64,000 nucleotides of DNA from Campylobacterales bacterium (GCA_016938175.1 JAFGVE010000017.1:344-64343); one strand, 5' to 3'; shown: positions 49,889 through 60,660, numbered from the stretch's first letter. Notes: generated from the letters alone by a model not told the origin. A program made the numbers and translations.

Positions 49889-51235
49889 ATGGCAAAACAA
49901 AAAGTACTCTTTGAATGTCAACACTGTGGACTTACAACACCAAAATGGATGGGAAAATGTACAAACTGTGGTGCATGGGACAGTTTTATTGAACTCTCGC
50001 AACACCAACAAGAAGTTGTCAAACAAACAAAAAGCTCTTCCTCTAAATCTGCAAAAGCACAAAGTATAAAAGATATTATTGAAGAAGAGGTATTTCGATT
50101 CTCATCATTAGACACAGAACTCGATAATGTACTTGGCGGCGGTATCGTACCAGGTTCACTTACGCTTATCGGGGGAAGCCCTGGAGTTGGAAAATCTACA
50201 CTACTTTTGAAAGTGGGTTCAAATATCGCATCTTCTGGCAAAAGTGTACTCTATCTAACAGGCGAAGAGAGTGCAGGACAGATTAAACTGCGAGCAAATA
50301 GACTCGGTGCAAATCAGGAAAACCTCTATCTTTTGAGCGAAATTCGCCTCGAACAGATTTTAGTAGAACTGGAAGAGCGACGTTACGATTTTTTAATCAT
50401 AGACTCAATTCAAACCATCTATTCTGACTCTATCAGCTCTGCACCCGGTTCGGTAACACAGGTTCGCCAAATCACCTTTGAATTAATGCGTATAGCAAAA
50501 GAACGCGATATCGCTATATTTATCATCGGGCATATTACAAAAGAGGGTTCTATAGCAGGTCCAAGAGTTTTAGAACATATGGTCGATACTGTACTCTACT
50601 TTGAAGGAGACTCTTCACAAGAGCTTAGAATTTTAAGGGGTTTTAAAAACCGTTTTGGTCCAACAAGTGAAATTGGTGTTTTTGAGATGCGTGCTGATGG
50701 ACTTGTATCAGCAACTGATATTGCATCACGTTTTTTTAACCGAAATTCTCAGCAAAGTGGTTCAGCTTTAACAGTAATCATGGAAGGTTCACGCCCTATA
50801 ATCTTAGAGGTACAAGCCCTCGTTTCTGAATCTCATACAGCAAATTCAAAACGCCAAGCTACTGGTTTTGACACAAATAGGCTCAATATGCTTCTTGCAC
50901 TTCTTGAGAGAAAACTCGAAATTCCGCTCTCGGGATACGACGTTTTTATAAATGTCACGGGTGGTATAAAAATCACTGAAACTGCTGCTGATCTTGCTGT
51001 TTTAGCTGCTATTATTAGCAGTTTTAGAGATAGAGCAATTTCAAAAGAGACAATTTTTATAGGAGAAGTATCGCTCGTAGGTGATGTAAGAGAGGTTTAT
51101 GCTCTTGATACAAGGCTCAAAGAGGCCAAAATGCAAAACATCACAAAAGCTTTAGTATCCAAGAAGCCCTTAGAAAAAACAACTATTAAAACATTTGTTG
51201 TTGATGAAGTAACAAAACTTCTAGAGTGGTATTAG
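49889..51235 (+). CDS. radA: DNA repair protein RadA
   Basis: N-terminal zinc finger (CQHCG...CTNCG), Walker A GGSPGVGKST, KNRFG motif and a Lon-like C-terminus. Confidence 0.97.
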   Translation: MAKQKVLFECQHCGLTTPKWMGKCTNCGAWDSFIELSQHQQEVVKQTKSSSSKSAKAQSIKDIIEEEVFRFSSLDTELDNVLGGGIVPGSLTLIGGSPGVGKSTLLLKVGSNIASSGKSVLYLTGEESAGQIKLRANRLGANQENLYLLSEIRLEQILVELEERRYDFLIIDSIQTIYSDSISSAPGSVTQVRQITFELMRIAKERDIAIFIIGHITKEGSIAGPRVLEHMVDTVLYFEGDSSQELRILRGFKNRFGPTSEIGVFEMRADGLVSATDIASRFFNRNSQQSGSALTVIMEGSRPIILEVQALVSESHTANSKRQATGFDTNRLNMLLALLERKLEIPLSGYDVFINVTGGIKITETAADLAVLAAIISSFRDRAISKETIFIGEVSLVGDVREVYALDTRLKEAKMQNITKALVSKKPLEKTTIKTFVVDEVTKLLEWY

Positions 51236-51310
51236 TTTTCTGAATTGATACTTCTCTAAGTTTATAAATTTTGCTATACTAAGCGAAACATTCATTTGGA
51301 AGGAAAAATC

Positions 51311-51862
51311 ATGGCTGAAGATGTAGCTAAAGAAGAAGAGAGTGCACCCGCAGAAAAAAAATCAAGTAACCTTTTACTCATAATTATAATTGTTGTTCTT
51401 GTACTCATAATTATACTAGGAGCTGTCGGATTTTTACTTTTAAGCGGAGATGATGACACTGTACAGCAAAGTGCTCCTCAGGCAAAAGAGAAAAGTGTCT
51501 CTAAACCTAAAAAATCTCTTGCTGCAGCAGAATTTGATGATAGCAGACAATTAAGTGAGATTGGTGTTCTTTATCCTTTAGATACTTTTACTGTAAATCT
51601 CAAAAGTGATGCTGGACGCCGTTACTTAAAAGTGACAATGAGTCTTGAACTAGAAGGTGCGGAATTAAGTCTCGAACTCGATGCAAAATCACCAGTACTG
51701 CGTGATAGAATTATTCGAATTCTTACATCAAAAACGCTAGAAGAGATATCTTCTAAAAAAGGGAAACAGAAAGTTTCTCAACAAATCATGGATACTCTTA
51801 ATGCTATGATATCTGATGGTACCATCAAAGGTATATACTTTACAGAATTTGTTATTCAATAA
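51311..51862 (+). CDS. fliL: flagellar basal body-associated protein FliL
   Basis: Single TM, then LDTFTVNLKSDAGRRYLKVTMSLE...YFTEFVIQ. The start is taken at ATG 51311. Confidence 0.8.
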   Translation: MAEDVAKEEESAPAEKKSSNLLLIIIIVVLVLIIILGAVGFLLLSGDDDTVQQSAPQAKEKSVSKPKKSLAAAEFDDSRQLSEIGVLYPLDTFTVNLKSDAGRRYLKVTMSLELEGAELSLELDAKSPVLRDRIIRILTSKTLEEISSKKGKQKVSQQIMDTLNAMISDGTIKGIYFTEFVIQ

Positions 51863-51868
51863 ACTTCT

Positions 51869-52249
51869 ATGATAGGCATTGACCTTATTAAAACTTCTCG
51901 TATGGAGCGTTTTATAGAGCGCTTTGGAGAGAAGTCCCTCCAAAAGTTTCTCAGTGAAGACGAAATCAAACTTGTTAAAAATTTTAAAACAGCTTCTGGA
52001 TTTTGGGCTACAAAAGAGGCATTTTCAAAGGCTCTAGGTGTAGGTATAGGTTCAGAGTGTTCATTTATGGATATTAAGATTTACAAAGATGAGAAAGGTG
52101 CTCCAAAAATTGCAATATCTAAGAAGATTGCACAAAAGCATAAAATTGTCTCTACAGCTCTCTCCATAACACATGATGGAGAGTACGCCATAGCTGTTGT
52201 TCATTTAGAACTAGAATCAGCCGCCCCCGACAAAGTCAAGCAATTCTAA
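51869..52249 (+). CDS. acpS: holo-[acyl-carrier-protein] synthase
   Basis: MIGIDLI..., FWATKEAFSKALG, SITHDGEYAIAVV. Confidence 0.85.
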   Translation: MIGIDLIKTSRMERFIERFGEKSLQKFLSEDEIKLVKNFKTASGFWATKEAFSKALGVGIGSECSFMDIKIYKDEKGAPKIAISKKIAQKHKIVSTALSITHDGEYAIAVVHLELESAAPDKVKQF

Positions 52250-52417
52250 TTTATCACCATCAACAAGAGTATGTTCATTCCATTTATCTTGTTTAACTAT
52301 ATTCATATTTACAGCCGCAGCCATTACCTTACCCTCTAGTGAGAGTACCTGCAACACTTCAGAGAGTTTTATTCCATCTTGAAACTCTTTCTCTTGACCA
52401 TTTACTATAACTTTCAT
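52217..52417 (-). CDS. thiS: ThiS/MoaD-family sulfur carrier protein
   Basis: 66-aa beta-grasp-like protein: MKVIVNGQEKEF...DGDKLELLDFVGGG, with a C-terminal Gly-Gly. Confidence 0.65.
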   Translation of the reverse strand: MKVIVNGQEKEFQDGIKLSEVLQVLSLEGKVMAAAVNMNIVKQDKWNEHTLVDGDKLELLDFVGGG

Positions 52418-52474
52418 TGTTTCACTTTTATCTAATATTTAGTGCAATTGTAGCACTCTTAATTGAATACAAAA

Positions 52475-53002
52475 TTACAGCCCAGAGATGTAATCACCAA
52501 GTGCTTTAATATCTTCATCGCTTAATTTTGTAACTTGTCCTTTCATGATGGCTTTCATTGGACCGCCATAACTGCCATCTTTATATCCGTGAAGAGCATT
52601 TACTACTTTTGTACTCTCCCAACCTTGGATTATCTGAGATTTGTTAAGTGCTTTTTTCTCTGCGTTTACACCATGACAAGATATACAGGCTTTAAACAAA
52701 ACAGCTCCGTCAGGTTTTACTGTTGCAACAACAGGAGCTTTTTCTACAACTTTTGGAGTCTCTAGACTCTTGATAGGTGCTACTTCTTTTTCAACAACTT
52801 TTACAACTTCAGTTGTCTCTTTTTTTACCTCTTCTACACTCTCTTGAACTACTTCTTCAGGCTCTTTCACTACCTGCGGTGTCTCTTGTTCTACAACTTC
52901 AACAGTTTTTTGAGCTACTTCCTCTTGAACCTTTGATGTACTCTCTTGATCACTACAACCTAAAAGTAAAAATGCAACTAAAGTAGATATTACTATCTTC
53001 AT
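52475..53002 (-). CDS. c-type cytochrome lipoprotein (c553-like) with repetitive Glu/Val-rich linker
   Basis: Lipobox LLGC, a repetitive EVV/EEV linker, and a C-terminal CISCHG haem motif with GGPMKAIM. Confidence 0.8.
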   Translation of the reverse strand: MKIVISTLVAFLLLGCSDQESTSKVQEEVAQKTVEVVEQETPQVVKEPEEVVQESVEEVKKETTEVVKVVEKEVAPIKSLETPKVVEKAPVVATVKPDGAVLFKACISCHGVNAEKKALNKSQIIQGWESTKVVNALHGYKDGSYGGPMKAIMKGQVTKLSDEDIKALGDYISGL

Positions 53003-53889
53003 ACTCTCTCCTTAGATAATTTTTGCCCATTATACAAAAGTTTTATTTTCTCACTATTAAAACCTATATTAAATATGTACTTGAAGCTCGCATACATTAT
53101 CAAAAGATATAAAAATGGGAAAATAAGGCTCTGTACAATGAAAATAGTTATGAGTGATACTATTTTTTTTGAACTGATCTCTATACTCGCTTGCATATTT
53201 TCCAACTCTTGAGAGATATTTAACTTCTCTACTACACTCTCGTACTTAGCACTAATGCTTTCAAAAAAACCACTACTTTTTTGTTCTTGAAGCAATGTTG
53301 TACGTTTCTCTTCAAGATTCTCTAACTCTTGTTGCGTTTTTCCTATGACGACTGTAGCATTTTCATAATCATCTTGTAATACACTACTATATAGCATCTG
53401 TGATGAGTATACAAATACAATCGCTCCAAAACGTAGTAACAGCAAAAACATAAATACTTTTCCTGCATAAAAAAGTACTTTTTGGTTTTGTATTTTTTCA
53501 ATCCACATAGATGAGACAAGGACAATTCCACTTGTAAAGAGTAAAATAGCCAAAAAGAGTTTTGTACTCAGAACAAGTAAAAGTTTTTGTACTCCCAAAG
53601 AGACCGTAGCAAGCAGCATAACCCAAGAAAATCTCTCGACCAAGTCATTAAAAGGGTCAAGAACTTCACCGATACTGATGTTTATACCAATTCCTACAGG
53701 TGTTAAGTAAAGTTGCGTTCCTTGTAACAAAGAGATTATTGCATTGAGCCCTTTTGCAAGTCCAAACGCTATGAACGAACGTTCAAGTGCCTCTTCTTGT
53801 AGTAACATCGCAGACTCATCTAAAGAGAGACTCAGACTTGCCAACAAAAACAATCCAACCATAAGACTTACAAATATTTTCATCTTCAC
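52999..53889 (-). CDS. membrane protein, unknown function
   Basis: 296 aa with a signal/TM N-terminus, several TM segments and a coiled-coil insert. Its stop overlaps the cytochrome gene start. Confidence 0.6.
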   Translation of the reverse strand: MKMKIFVSLMVGLFLLASLSLSLDESAMLLQEEALERSFIAFGLAKGLNAIISLLQGTQLYLTPVGIGINISIGEVLDPFNDLVERFSWVMLLATVSLGVQKLLLVLSTKLFLAILLFTSGIVLVSSMWIEKIQNQKVLFYAGKVFMFLLLLRFGAIVFVYSSQMLYSSVLQDDYENATVVIGKTQQELENLEEKRTTLLQEQKSSGFFESISAKYESVVEKLNISQELENMQASIEISSKKIVSLITIFIVQSLIFPFLYLLIMYASFKYIFNIGFNSEKIKLLYNGQKLSKERV

Positions 53890-53934
53890 TCCAAGCTAAT
53901 ATAATTTGAAGAGATTTTTGTTATAATCCCACCT

Positions 53935-55074
53935 ATGAAATTTGAACCGTATCCATTTGAAAAATTAAACAATTTACTCAAAAACATTATACCTAACGAG
54001 AAGTACAAAGCCTCAGTTTTAACTATTGGTGAACCTCAATTTGAGACACCAGCTTTTATACAAGAGAGCCTTGCAAAAAATGCTAATCTACTTAGAAAGT
54101 ATCCAAAAACAGCAGGTGAAGATACTCTTAAAGAGGCGATGATTCGCTTTAATAAAAAGAGATTTCATGTATCACTTGACGAATCTCAAATAATTCCTAC
54201 CTTTGGAACACGTGAAGTACTTTTTAATTTTCCTCAGTTTCTTCTTTTTAACAAAGAAAATCCTGTAATGGCATACACAAATCCCTTTTACCAAATTTAT
54301 GAAGGTGCTGCAATTGCAACACGCTCTAAAGTTATACATCTTAATCTAACTGAAGCAAATAACTTTAAACCTATTATAGATGAGAGTGAACTTGCTCAGT
54401 GTGACCTTGTTATTTTAAACTTTCCAAACAATCCTACAATGTCTGTCTTAAGTAAAGAAGAACTTTCTGAGTGGGTAAAGCTGAGTTTAAAACATAACTT
54501 CGTACTCTTAAATGACGAGTGCTATAGTGAAATTTATACAGGCAAACCAGTTCCTTCTCTTTTAGAAGCTTCTATTTATGCAGGTAATGAGAATTTTAAA
54601 AATGTAATCGTCATTAACTCTATTTCAAAACGCTCAAGTGCACCAGGACTTCGTTCTGGTTTTATAGCTGGAGATGCCGATATTCTTGCTGAGTATATGA
54701 ACTACAGAACATACATTGGATGTGCATCACCTCTTCCTCTTCAAAGTGCCGCAGCAGCAGCATGGGATGATGAAGCACACGTAAGCAGTGCGAGAGAAGT
54801 TTATAAAAATAACTTCCAAATTGCTCACGAAATTTTAGGTACAAAAATACCTGAGGCCACCTTTTACCTCTGGATAAAAGTGCCAAATGCTTTAAAGTTT
54901 ACACAAAAACTTTACAGAGACTATAATGTAAAGGTTCTTCCTGGTGAATTTTTAGCACGTGCAGATACAAATGGAGAAAACCCGGGTATAGATTACATTA
55001 GAATTGCTCTTGTAGAAGATGAAGCAAAAACAAAAGATGCACTTTTAAGACTTAAGGAGTGTCTGGATGCCTGA
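53935..55074 (+). CDS. class I/II aminotransferase, succinyldiaminopimelate transaminase (DapC)-like
   Basis: PLP-lysine region NSISKRSSAPGLRSGF resembles DapC-type enzymes. Confidence 0.75.
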   Translation: MKFEPYPFEKLNNLLKNIIPNEKYKASVLTIGEPQFETPAFIQESLAKNANLLRKYPKTAGEDTLKEAMIRFNKKRFHVSLDESQIIPTFGTREVLFNFPQFLLFNKENPVMAYTNPFYQIYEGAAIATRSKVIHLNLTEANNFKPIIDESELAQCDLVILNFPNNPTMSVLSKEELSEWVKLSLKHNFVLLNDECYSEIYTGKPVPSLLEASIYAGNENFKNVIVINSISKRSSAPGLRSGFIAGDADILAEYMNYRTYIGCASPLPLQSAAAAAWDDEAHVSSAREVYKNNFQIAHEILGTKIPEATFYLWIKVPNALKFTQKLYRDYNVKVLPGEFLARADTNGENPGIDYIRIALVEDEAKTKDALLRLKECLDA

Positions 55075-55558
55075 TACAGAAACTCTCAAAAAAAGAATAT
55101 TTGATGCACATACACAAGGTGATATAGCCTCTTTATATGTCCTTGAAAAAGAGGTTCAAGAGAGTTCAGATGAAGTGGTACTTGAAAGCTTTTATGCAAA
55201 TATTTTAGATCTTGCTCTAGAACGTCTTACAGACACCTTGGAGTCGCATAGAAAAATGGACTTGAATGAAGTACAAGACTTTGCTACAACGAGAGCTCTT
55301 TATGAGTATGCTATTGAACACTATAGTACGGGTGATTTACATGATGCTGCTGCTCTTTTTGAAGTCCTCAGTGGTATCACAGATGACACAAAATTTTCAG
55401 ATGCGCTCAAACTTCACTGGGGTGCGGCTTCACAAAAAATGAGTTTAGACGATTTCTTGGAAAGTGTAGCTGATTTAAATGCTACCCAAGAAAATGGTAC
55501 TTTTTATATCTCCAGCTTCACAAAAGAGGCACAGAGTTTGCTAGATAATGTGCAATAA
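55067..55558 (+). CDS. acidic helical hypothetical protein
   Basis: 163-aa ORF overlapping the aminotransferase stop by 8 nt. TPR-like helices. No family recognised. Confidence 0.55.
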   Translation: MPDTETLKKRIFDAHTQGDIASLYVLEKEVQESSDEVVLESFYANILDLALERLTDTLESHRKMDLNEVQDFATTRALYEYAIEHYSTGDLHDAAALFEVLSGITDDTKFSDALKLHWGAASQKMSLDDFLESVADLNATQENGTFYISSFTKEAQSLLDNVQ

Positions 55559-55567
55559 GGAGCTTAA

Positions 55568-56881
55568 ATGAAGATTCACTTTATTGGAATTGGTGGTATA
55601 GGAATTTCGGGGCTTGCTCAATACATGCACTACAAAGGGCATACAGTAAGCGGTTCGGATATTAAAGAGAGTCTCATTACACAAAAGCTTGCAAAAATGG
55701 GTATAAAAGTTAATGTGCCTCATTCAGCAGAAGCTATAACTGACCACGATTTGGTCGTTCATTCAGCTATTATTTCCCCAGAAAATCCAGAAGTTATTGC
55801 TGCAAAAGCAAAAGGTATAGAAGTGCTCGCTCGTAGAGAAGCTCTTTTAAAAATCATAAATGACAGAAAAGTTTACTCTGTTGCAGGTGCACACGGTAAG
55901 AGTACAACTACTGCAATACTCTCTTCAATTATGGAAGGCTCTGCGATAATTGGTGCAGAATCTAAATCTTTTGGCTCTAACGTGCGTTATGATGAAAGCA
56001 CGGATGTTATGCTCTTTGAAGCAGATGAGAGTGATGGAAGCTTTATTAACTCAAAACCACACTGTGCCATCGTTATAAATGCAGAGCCTGAACATATGGA
56101 GTATTACGATTATAATTTTGAACTCTTTTATGAAACATACAAAAAATTCATCAAATCTGCTCCATGTAGTGTTTTAAATGCCGAAGATCCTTTTCTCTCT
56201 ACACTGGTAGGTGAAGTAGATGCCGAGTGGCTTTACCCTTCTAAAGATATAAAAAATCTAGAATACACACTCATTAATGACGAACCACACACACAATTTG
56301 AACTCAAAGACCTTGGTGTATTTAGCGTTTGGGGATTTGGAAAGCATATTGCTCTTGATGCTTCTTTAGCTATTTTAGCGGCTAAAGAGTCCATGGACAT
56401 CGAAGAGATACGTACAAAAATTCTTACCTTTAAAGGAATCAAAAAACGTTTTGATATCGTTGGATTTGAAAATGACAGTGTTATTATCGATGATTACGGT
56501 CACCATCCAACAGAGATAAAAGCGACACTAGAGTCTGTAAAAGAGTATGCTGCCCTCAAAGGTTTTGATAAAATCACCGCTATTTGGCAACCACATAAGT
56601 ACTCTAGAACAATAGACAATCTTGACGCATTTACAAAATGTTTTGAAGGTGCCCAAGAGTTAATCATCCTCCCTGTTTGGGCGGCAGGAGAGACTCCAAG
56701 AGAGATAGATTTCCAAGAACGTTTTAAAGAGTATAACCTTACAATGGCAGATACTATAAAACGTGCTAACAACCACATCCAGGTTATTAAAAACGAAAAA
56801 GATTTACAAAAACTCGATAAAGGACTTATCATCGGTTTTGGTGCAGGTGATATAACTTACCAAATTAGAGGAATTGCATAG
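55568..56881 (+). CDS. murC: UDP-N-acetylmuramate--L-alanine ligase
   Basis: Contains IHFIGIGGIGISGLA, GAHGKSTTTA and DDYGHHPTEI. Confidence 0.95.
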   Translation: MKIHFIGIGGIGISGLAQYMHYKGHTVSGSDIKESLITQKLAKMGIKVNVPHSAEAITDHDLVVHSAIISPENPEVIAAKAKGIEVLARREALLKIINDRKVYSVAGAHGKSTTTAILSSIMEGSAIIGAESKSFGSNVRYDESTDVMLFEADESDGSFINSKPHCAIVINAEPEHMEYYDYNFELFYETYKKFIKSAPCSVLNAEDPFLSTLVGEVDAEWLYPSKDIKNLEYTLINDEPHTQFELKDLGVFSVWGFGKHIALDASLAILAAKESMDIEEIRTKILTFKGIKKRFDIVGFENDSVIIDDYGHHPTEIKATLESVKEYAALKGFDKITAIWQPHKYSRTIDNLDAFTKCFEGAQELIILPVWAAGETPREIDFQERFKEYNLTMADTIKRANNHIQVIKNEKDLQKLDKGLIIGFGAGDITYQIRGIA

Positions 56882-57210
56882 TGGCATACATTTTTGGTCT
56901 TATTGTCGTCGGTATATTTTTTCTTGCCCTACACTATTATACTGAACTCACAAAGTCACAAAAACTTGGTGTAACAGCAGCTTTTTTTAGCATTGTAATT
57001 GGTGCAATAGCATACAACGCCTATAGTGATACACAAAGAGAAAAAATGCTTATGGTAGTAACAAAATTTCAACAAAACAAAACTGTTCACTGTAACGCTA
57101 AAGAGGTCAATATGACAAATTATGACCTAAGCGTTGGAACATATACTTTCATAGGTCGTGAAAATACTCCTTTCTACGGTGAAATGATTAGTGCCGCAAG
57201 CTGTGAATAA
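56881..57210 (+). CDS. small membrane protein
   Basis: 109 aa with two N-terminal TM segments. GTG start abuts the murC stop. Confidence 0.5.
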   Translation: MAYIFGLIVVGIFFLALHYYTELTKSQKLGVTAAFFSIVIGAIAYNAYSDTQREKMLMVVTKFQQNKTVHCNAKEVNMTNYDLSVGTYTFIGRENTPFYGEMISAASCE

Positions 57211-59416
57211 AAACGATAAACTCCACACTCTAGTAACCCAGCTCGATCTTACACAACATATCGAAGAGTTTACAAGCTTCTTCGCTCGTCAAAACTCCCT
57301 CTATATGGAGGGTGATCAAGAACTCCATTTTCGCTACATAAAAGCCCTTGATGCTCTCGAATTTAAAGCACCTCCAAAAGTAGGAGACTTTTTTGATTTA
57401 AAAGAGCGTCTCAAAAAACATGGTGTACTTGGTTTTGAGATGATTTTTGAGATTGTCAAAGTTGTTCGCTACTTCCGCTACTTTAAAAACAGAGAGATTG
57501 AAGGGCTTATCGGCGAATGGATGGACAAATTCATAATTCCTGAAGCCTTTTTAGAGATAGAGAAATACTTTAGAGCTGATGGAAAATTTGAAGAAAATCT
57601 TGATGAGACTCTCTTTGGTTTAAGTAAACGTGTCCAAGAACATAAAAATGCCATAGCCTCATCACTAAAACATATGATGGGAAGTCAAAAATTAGCTGGC
57701 TACCTTGTAGATACTCAAGTTCACTTTATCAATAATGAAGACTCTCTTTTAGTCAGAGGTGGTTTTAATCATGTTTTAAAAGGTGCAGTTGTAGGGCGCT
57801 CAACAGGAGGATTTTTTTATGTAGCTCCAGATAGCATACTCAAAGAGAAAGAAAAAATCCGCTATATCGAACAAGAGAGAGAAGCTATCTTTTACGAGTA
57901 TGCAAAATCTTTCTCTTCAAAACTTCAAGAACTGCTTCCGTTTATAAATTTTATTGACAAAGAGTTCTCTAAATTTGACAATTATCAAGCTCGTGTTTTA
58001 TTTGCAAAGAGTAAAAATATGCAGATACTCAAGTCAAAAAATGATGCACAGATAGTCTTAAGTGGTTTTATTCATCCCGCACTACACAATGCAAAGCCAA
58101 TAAACGTGAACTTTTCAAAAAATATACTGATGATTACCGGTGTAAACGCCGGTGGAAAGACTATGCTCCTAAAGTCTATACTGGCATCTGCTTTTTTAGC
58201 AAAATATATCATCCCTATGAAGATTGATGACAACAAATCACACATAGGAAGTTTTAAAGCTATTTCAGCGATTATAGACGACCCTCAAAACGTCAAAAAT
58301 GACATCTCTACCTTTGCCGGACGTATGCAAGAGTTTTCCAAGATATTTGAACATAAATCTGCTCTTATAGGTGTTGATGAGATAGAACTTGGAACAGACT
58401 CTGATGAAGCAGCAGCACTCTTTAAAGTTATACTAGATGACCTCATAAAAAGAGGACAAAAAGTAGTCGTAACCACACACCATAAACGTCTTGCAGCACT
58501 TATGGCAGATAGAGACGATGTAGAGCTAATGGCTGCAATTTACGATGAAGAACAGAGACGACCAACTTATGAGTTTATGCAGGGCATTATCGGTAAAAGT
58601 TATGCTTTTGAGACCGCTCTTCGCTATGGTATTCATAACAACCTAGTTACTCAGGCAAAAAGTGTTTATGGAGATAACTCAGAAAAGCTCTCTTTACTTA
58701 TTGAACGTGGTTCGCAGCTAGAACGTGAACTCAAAGAGAAACATAGAAAAGTAGATGAGAAGATAGAAGAACTTCGTCTCAAAGAACTTGCCTTAAAAGA
58801 GCAAAGAGAGAGTATTCAAAGAGAGTTAGAAGAGCAGAAGTTTGCTCTCAAACGTAGCTATGAAGTGGCGATTAGCGAGGCAAAAAATGCAGCAAAGGCT
58901 ACGGATACAGCTGCTATTCATCGGGCTATGAACAAAGCAAATCAAAAACTTCCAAAAGAGGAAGTAAAAATACTCCAAGAACCACAAAAGTTTTCTGTAG
59001 GAGACAATGTAAAGTACCACTCCCAACGTGGTGTTATTGTCTCTATGAAAGGTGATAAAGAGGCAATTATAGAAGTTGATGGAATGCGTGTGCGTGTAAA
59101 AACAAAACAACTTCGCCATACTCAGGCAGTGAAGGCAAAACCGCAAACAAACCTCAAACTTACAGTTGAGAAAAAAGCTGGTCTCAAATGTGACCTTCAC
59201 GGAATGCGTGCGGATGAAGCGTGTGAAATACTCGACTCATTTTTGAGTAATGCACTCATAAATGGCTGGGATGAAGTGATTGTTTATCACGGCATAGGAA
59301 CAGGTAAACTCTCTTTTGCAGTAAAAAACTTTTTAAAAGCACATCCAAAAGTAAAAAAATTTGAGGATGCACCGCCACATTTAGGTGGATATGGTGCAAA
59401 AATCGTAACGCTCTAA
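57191..59416 (+). CDS. mutS2: endonuclease MutS2 (MutS domain V ATPase plus C-terminal Smr domain)
   Basis: Walker A GVNAGGKT, DEIELGTD, a coiled coil, and an Smr domain (DLHGMRADEA...YHGIGTGKL). The start codon is uncertain (GTG 57191 or 57203). Confidence 0.92.
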   Translation: MPQAVNKNDKLHTLVTQLDLTQHIEEFTSFFARQNSLYMEGDQELHFRYIKALDALEFKAPPKVGDFFDLKERLKKHGVLGFEMIFEIVKVVRYFRYFKNREIEGLIGEWMDKFIIPEAFLEIEKYFRADGKFEENLDETLFGLSKRVQEHKNAIASSLKHMMGSQKLAGYLVDTQVHFINNEDSLLVRGGFNHVLKGAVVGRSTGGFFYVAPDSILKEKEKIRYIEQEREAIFYEYAKSFSSKLQELLPFINFIDKEFSKFDNYQARVLFAKSKNMQILKSKNDAQIVLSGFIHPALHNAKPINVNFSKNILMITGVNAGGKTMLLKSILASAFLAKYIIPMKIDDNKSHIGSFKAISAIIDDPQNVKNDISTFAGRMQEFSKIFEHKSALIGVDEIELGTDSDEAAALFKVILDDLIKRGQKVVVTTHHKRLAALMADRDDVELMAAIYDEEQRRPTYEFMQGIIGKSYAFETALRYGIHNNLVTQAKSVYGDNSEKLSLLIERGSQLERELKEKHRKVDEKIEELRLKELALKEQRESIQRELEEQKFALKRSYEVAISEAKNAAKATDTAAIHRAMNKANQKLPKEEVKILQEPQKFSVGDNVKYHSQRGVIVSMKGDKEAIIEVDGMRVRVKTKQLRHTQAVKAKPQTNLKLTVEKKAGLKCDLHGMRADEACEILDSFLSNALINGWDEVIVYHGIGTGKLSFAVKNFLKAHPKVKKFEDAPPHLGGYGAKIVTL

Positions 59417-60609
59417 TGGCAAAAAAAGTAGCTATTGTCGGTGGTGGAGCATCTGGACTCATCTGTGCAATATTTTGTGCAAAAGCAGGTCTAAACGTAG
59501 AACTTTTTGAACAGAATACAAAGCTCGCAAAAAAAATACTCGTGTCTGGGAATGGGCGTTGTAACATCATAAACAGAGAATTCACCTCTGCAAACTATAT
59601 CTCTTCGAATCCTGAATTTGTCAACTACGCTCTCAAACAATTTGACTTTCATGCTTTTGAGAGTTTTGTCAACTCCCTTGGACTTCTTTTAGAACAAAAA
59701 GCTGATGGAAAATGCTATCCGCTGAGTAACGAAGCAAAAAGTGTTGCAAAACTCTTTGAAGAGAGTGCAAAAAACAATGGTGTGCATATTACACAAGATA
59801 CAAAAATAGAAAATATACAAAAACTACTTAACTCCTATGACGCAGTTGTCATAGCTACTGGAAGTGAAGCCGCTTCACATTTGGGTGGAAATCGGGACGG
59901 TATGAACTTTGCAGAATCTCTTGGACATACAGTTATGCCAACCTACCCTACTTTAGTACAACTACATCTTGACTCACCTAGTGCATATAAAATGGCTGGA
60001 GCAAAAGTCGATGGTGAAGTGAGTTTACTTATAAATAGGGAACTCCTCTCACAGATTAAAGGGGATGTTCTTTTTACAAACTACGGAGTTTCTGGTTTTA
60101 GCATTTTAGATATATCCTCGCGTGCAAGCGAGGCACTTCTTAACTTTGAAACTGTGGAAATAAGTATAAATCTACTTCCAAACTTTCCTGCCCAAAAACT
60201 TGCAGCACATATTCAAAATATTGCAAAGTTAAATCCCTCGCTTCACTTAATCGACGTACTTGTCGGTTTACTGCCTGTAAAAATTGTCAAAGCACTCCTT
60301 GAAGAGTTGGAACTCTCTTTTGACTTATGCGGAGAAGCGATAGGTACAAAACTGACAAAAAAAATAGCCAACAAACTTGTAAACTGGCGTTTTCATGTCA
60401 GCGACACACATGGGTTTCGTCATGCCGAAGCGAGTGGTGGAGGTGTCAATACACATGAAATTAATCCCAAAACAATGGAATCACTTCTAGTAAGAAATCT
60501 CTATTTTGTCGGAGAGGTTGTTGATGTTGTGGGAGAACGTGGTGGTTATAACTTCGCATGGGCATGGGCAAGCGGTGTTTTAGCTGCAAAAAGCATCTCT
60601 AAAGAATAA
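59416..60609 (+). CDS. NAD(P)/FAD-dependent oxidoreductase, HI0933/BaiN-like flavoprotein
   Basis: Dinucleotide motif VAIVGGGASGL, SGNGRCN, and C-terminal GGYNFAWAWASG. Confidence 0.85.
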   Translation: MAKKVAIVGGGASGLICAIFCAKAGLNVELFEQNTKLAKKILVSGNGRCNIINREFTSANYISSNPEFVNYALKQFDFHAFESFVNSLGLLLEQKADGKCYPLSNEAKSVAKLFEESAKNNGVHITQDTKIENIQKLLNSYDAVVIATGSEAASHLGGNRDGMNFAESLGHTVMPTYPTLVQLHLDSPSAYKMAGAKVDGEVSLLINRELLSQIKGDVLFTNYGVSGFSILDISSRASEALLNFETVEISINLLPNFPAQKLAAHIQNIAKLNPSLHLIDVLVGLLPVKIVKALLEELELSFDLCGEAIGTKLTKKIANKLVNWRFHVSDTHGFRHAEASGGGVNTHEINPKTMESLLVRNLYFVGEVVDVVGERGGYNFAWAWASGVLAAKSISKE

Positions 60610-60660
60610 GTAGCTAAAATATTCTCCTAAATTCATCTCACCCTCTTAAAGGAGACAAAC

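Noticed and set aside
52418-52474. TPP riboswitch upstream of the thiS-like gene
   Set aside because: Only 57 nt of upstream sequence is available before the next gene, and no CTGAGA / ACCTGATCTGGATAATGCCAGCG-like blocks are present.
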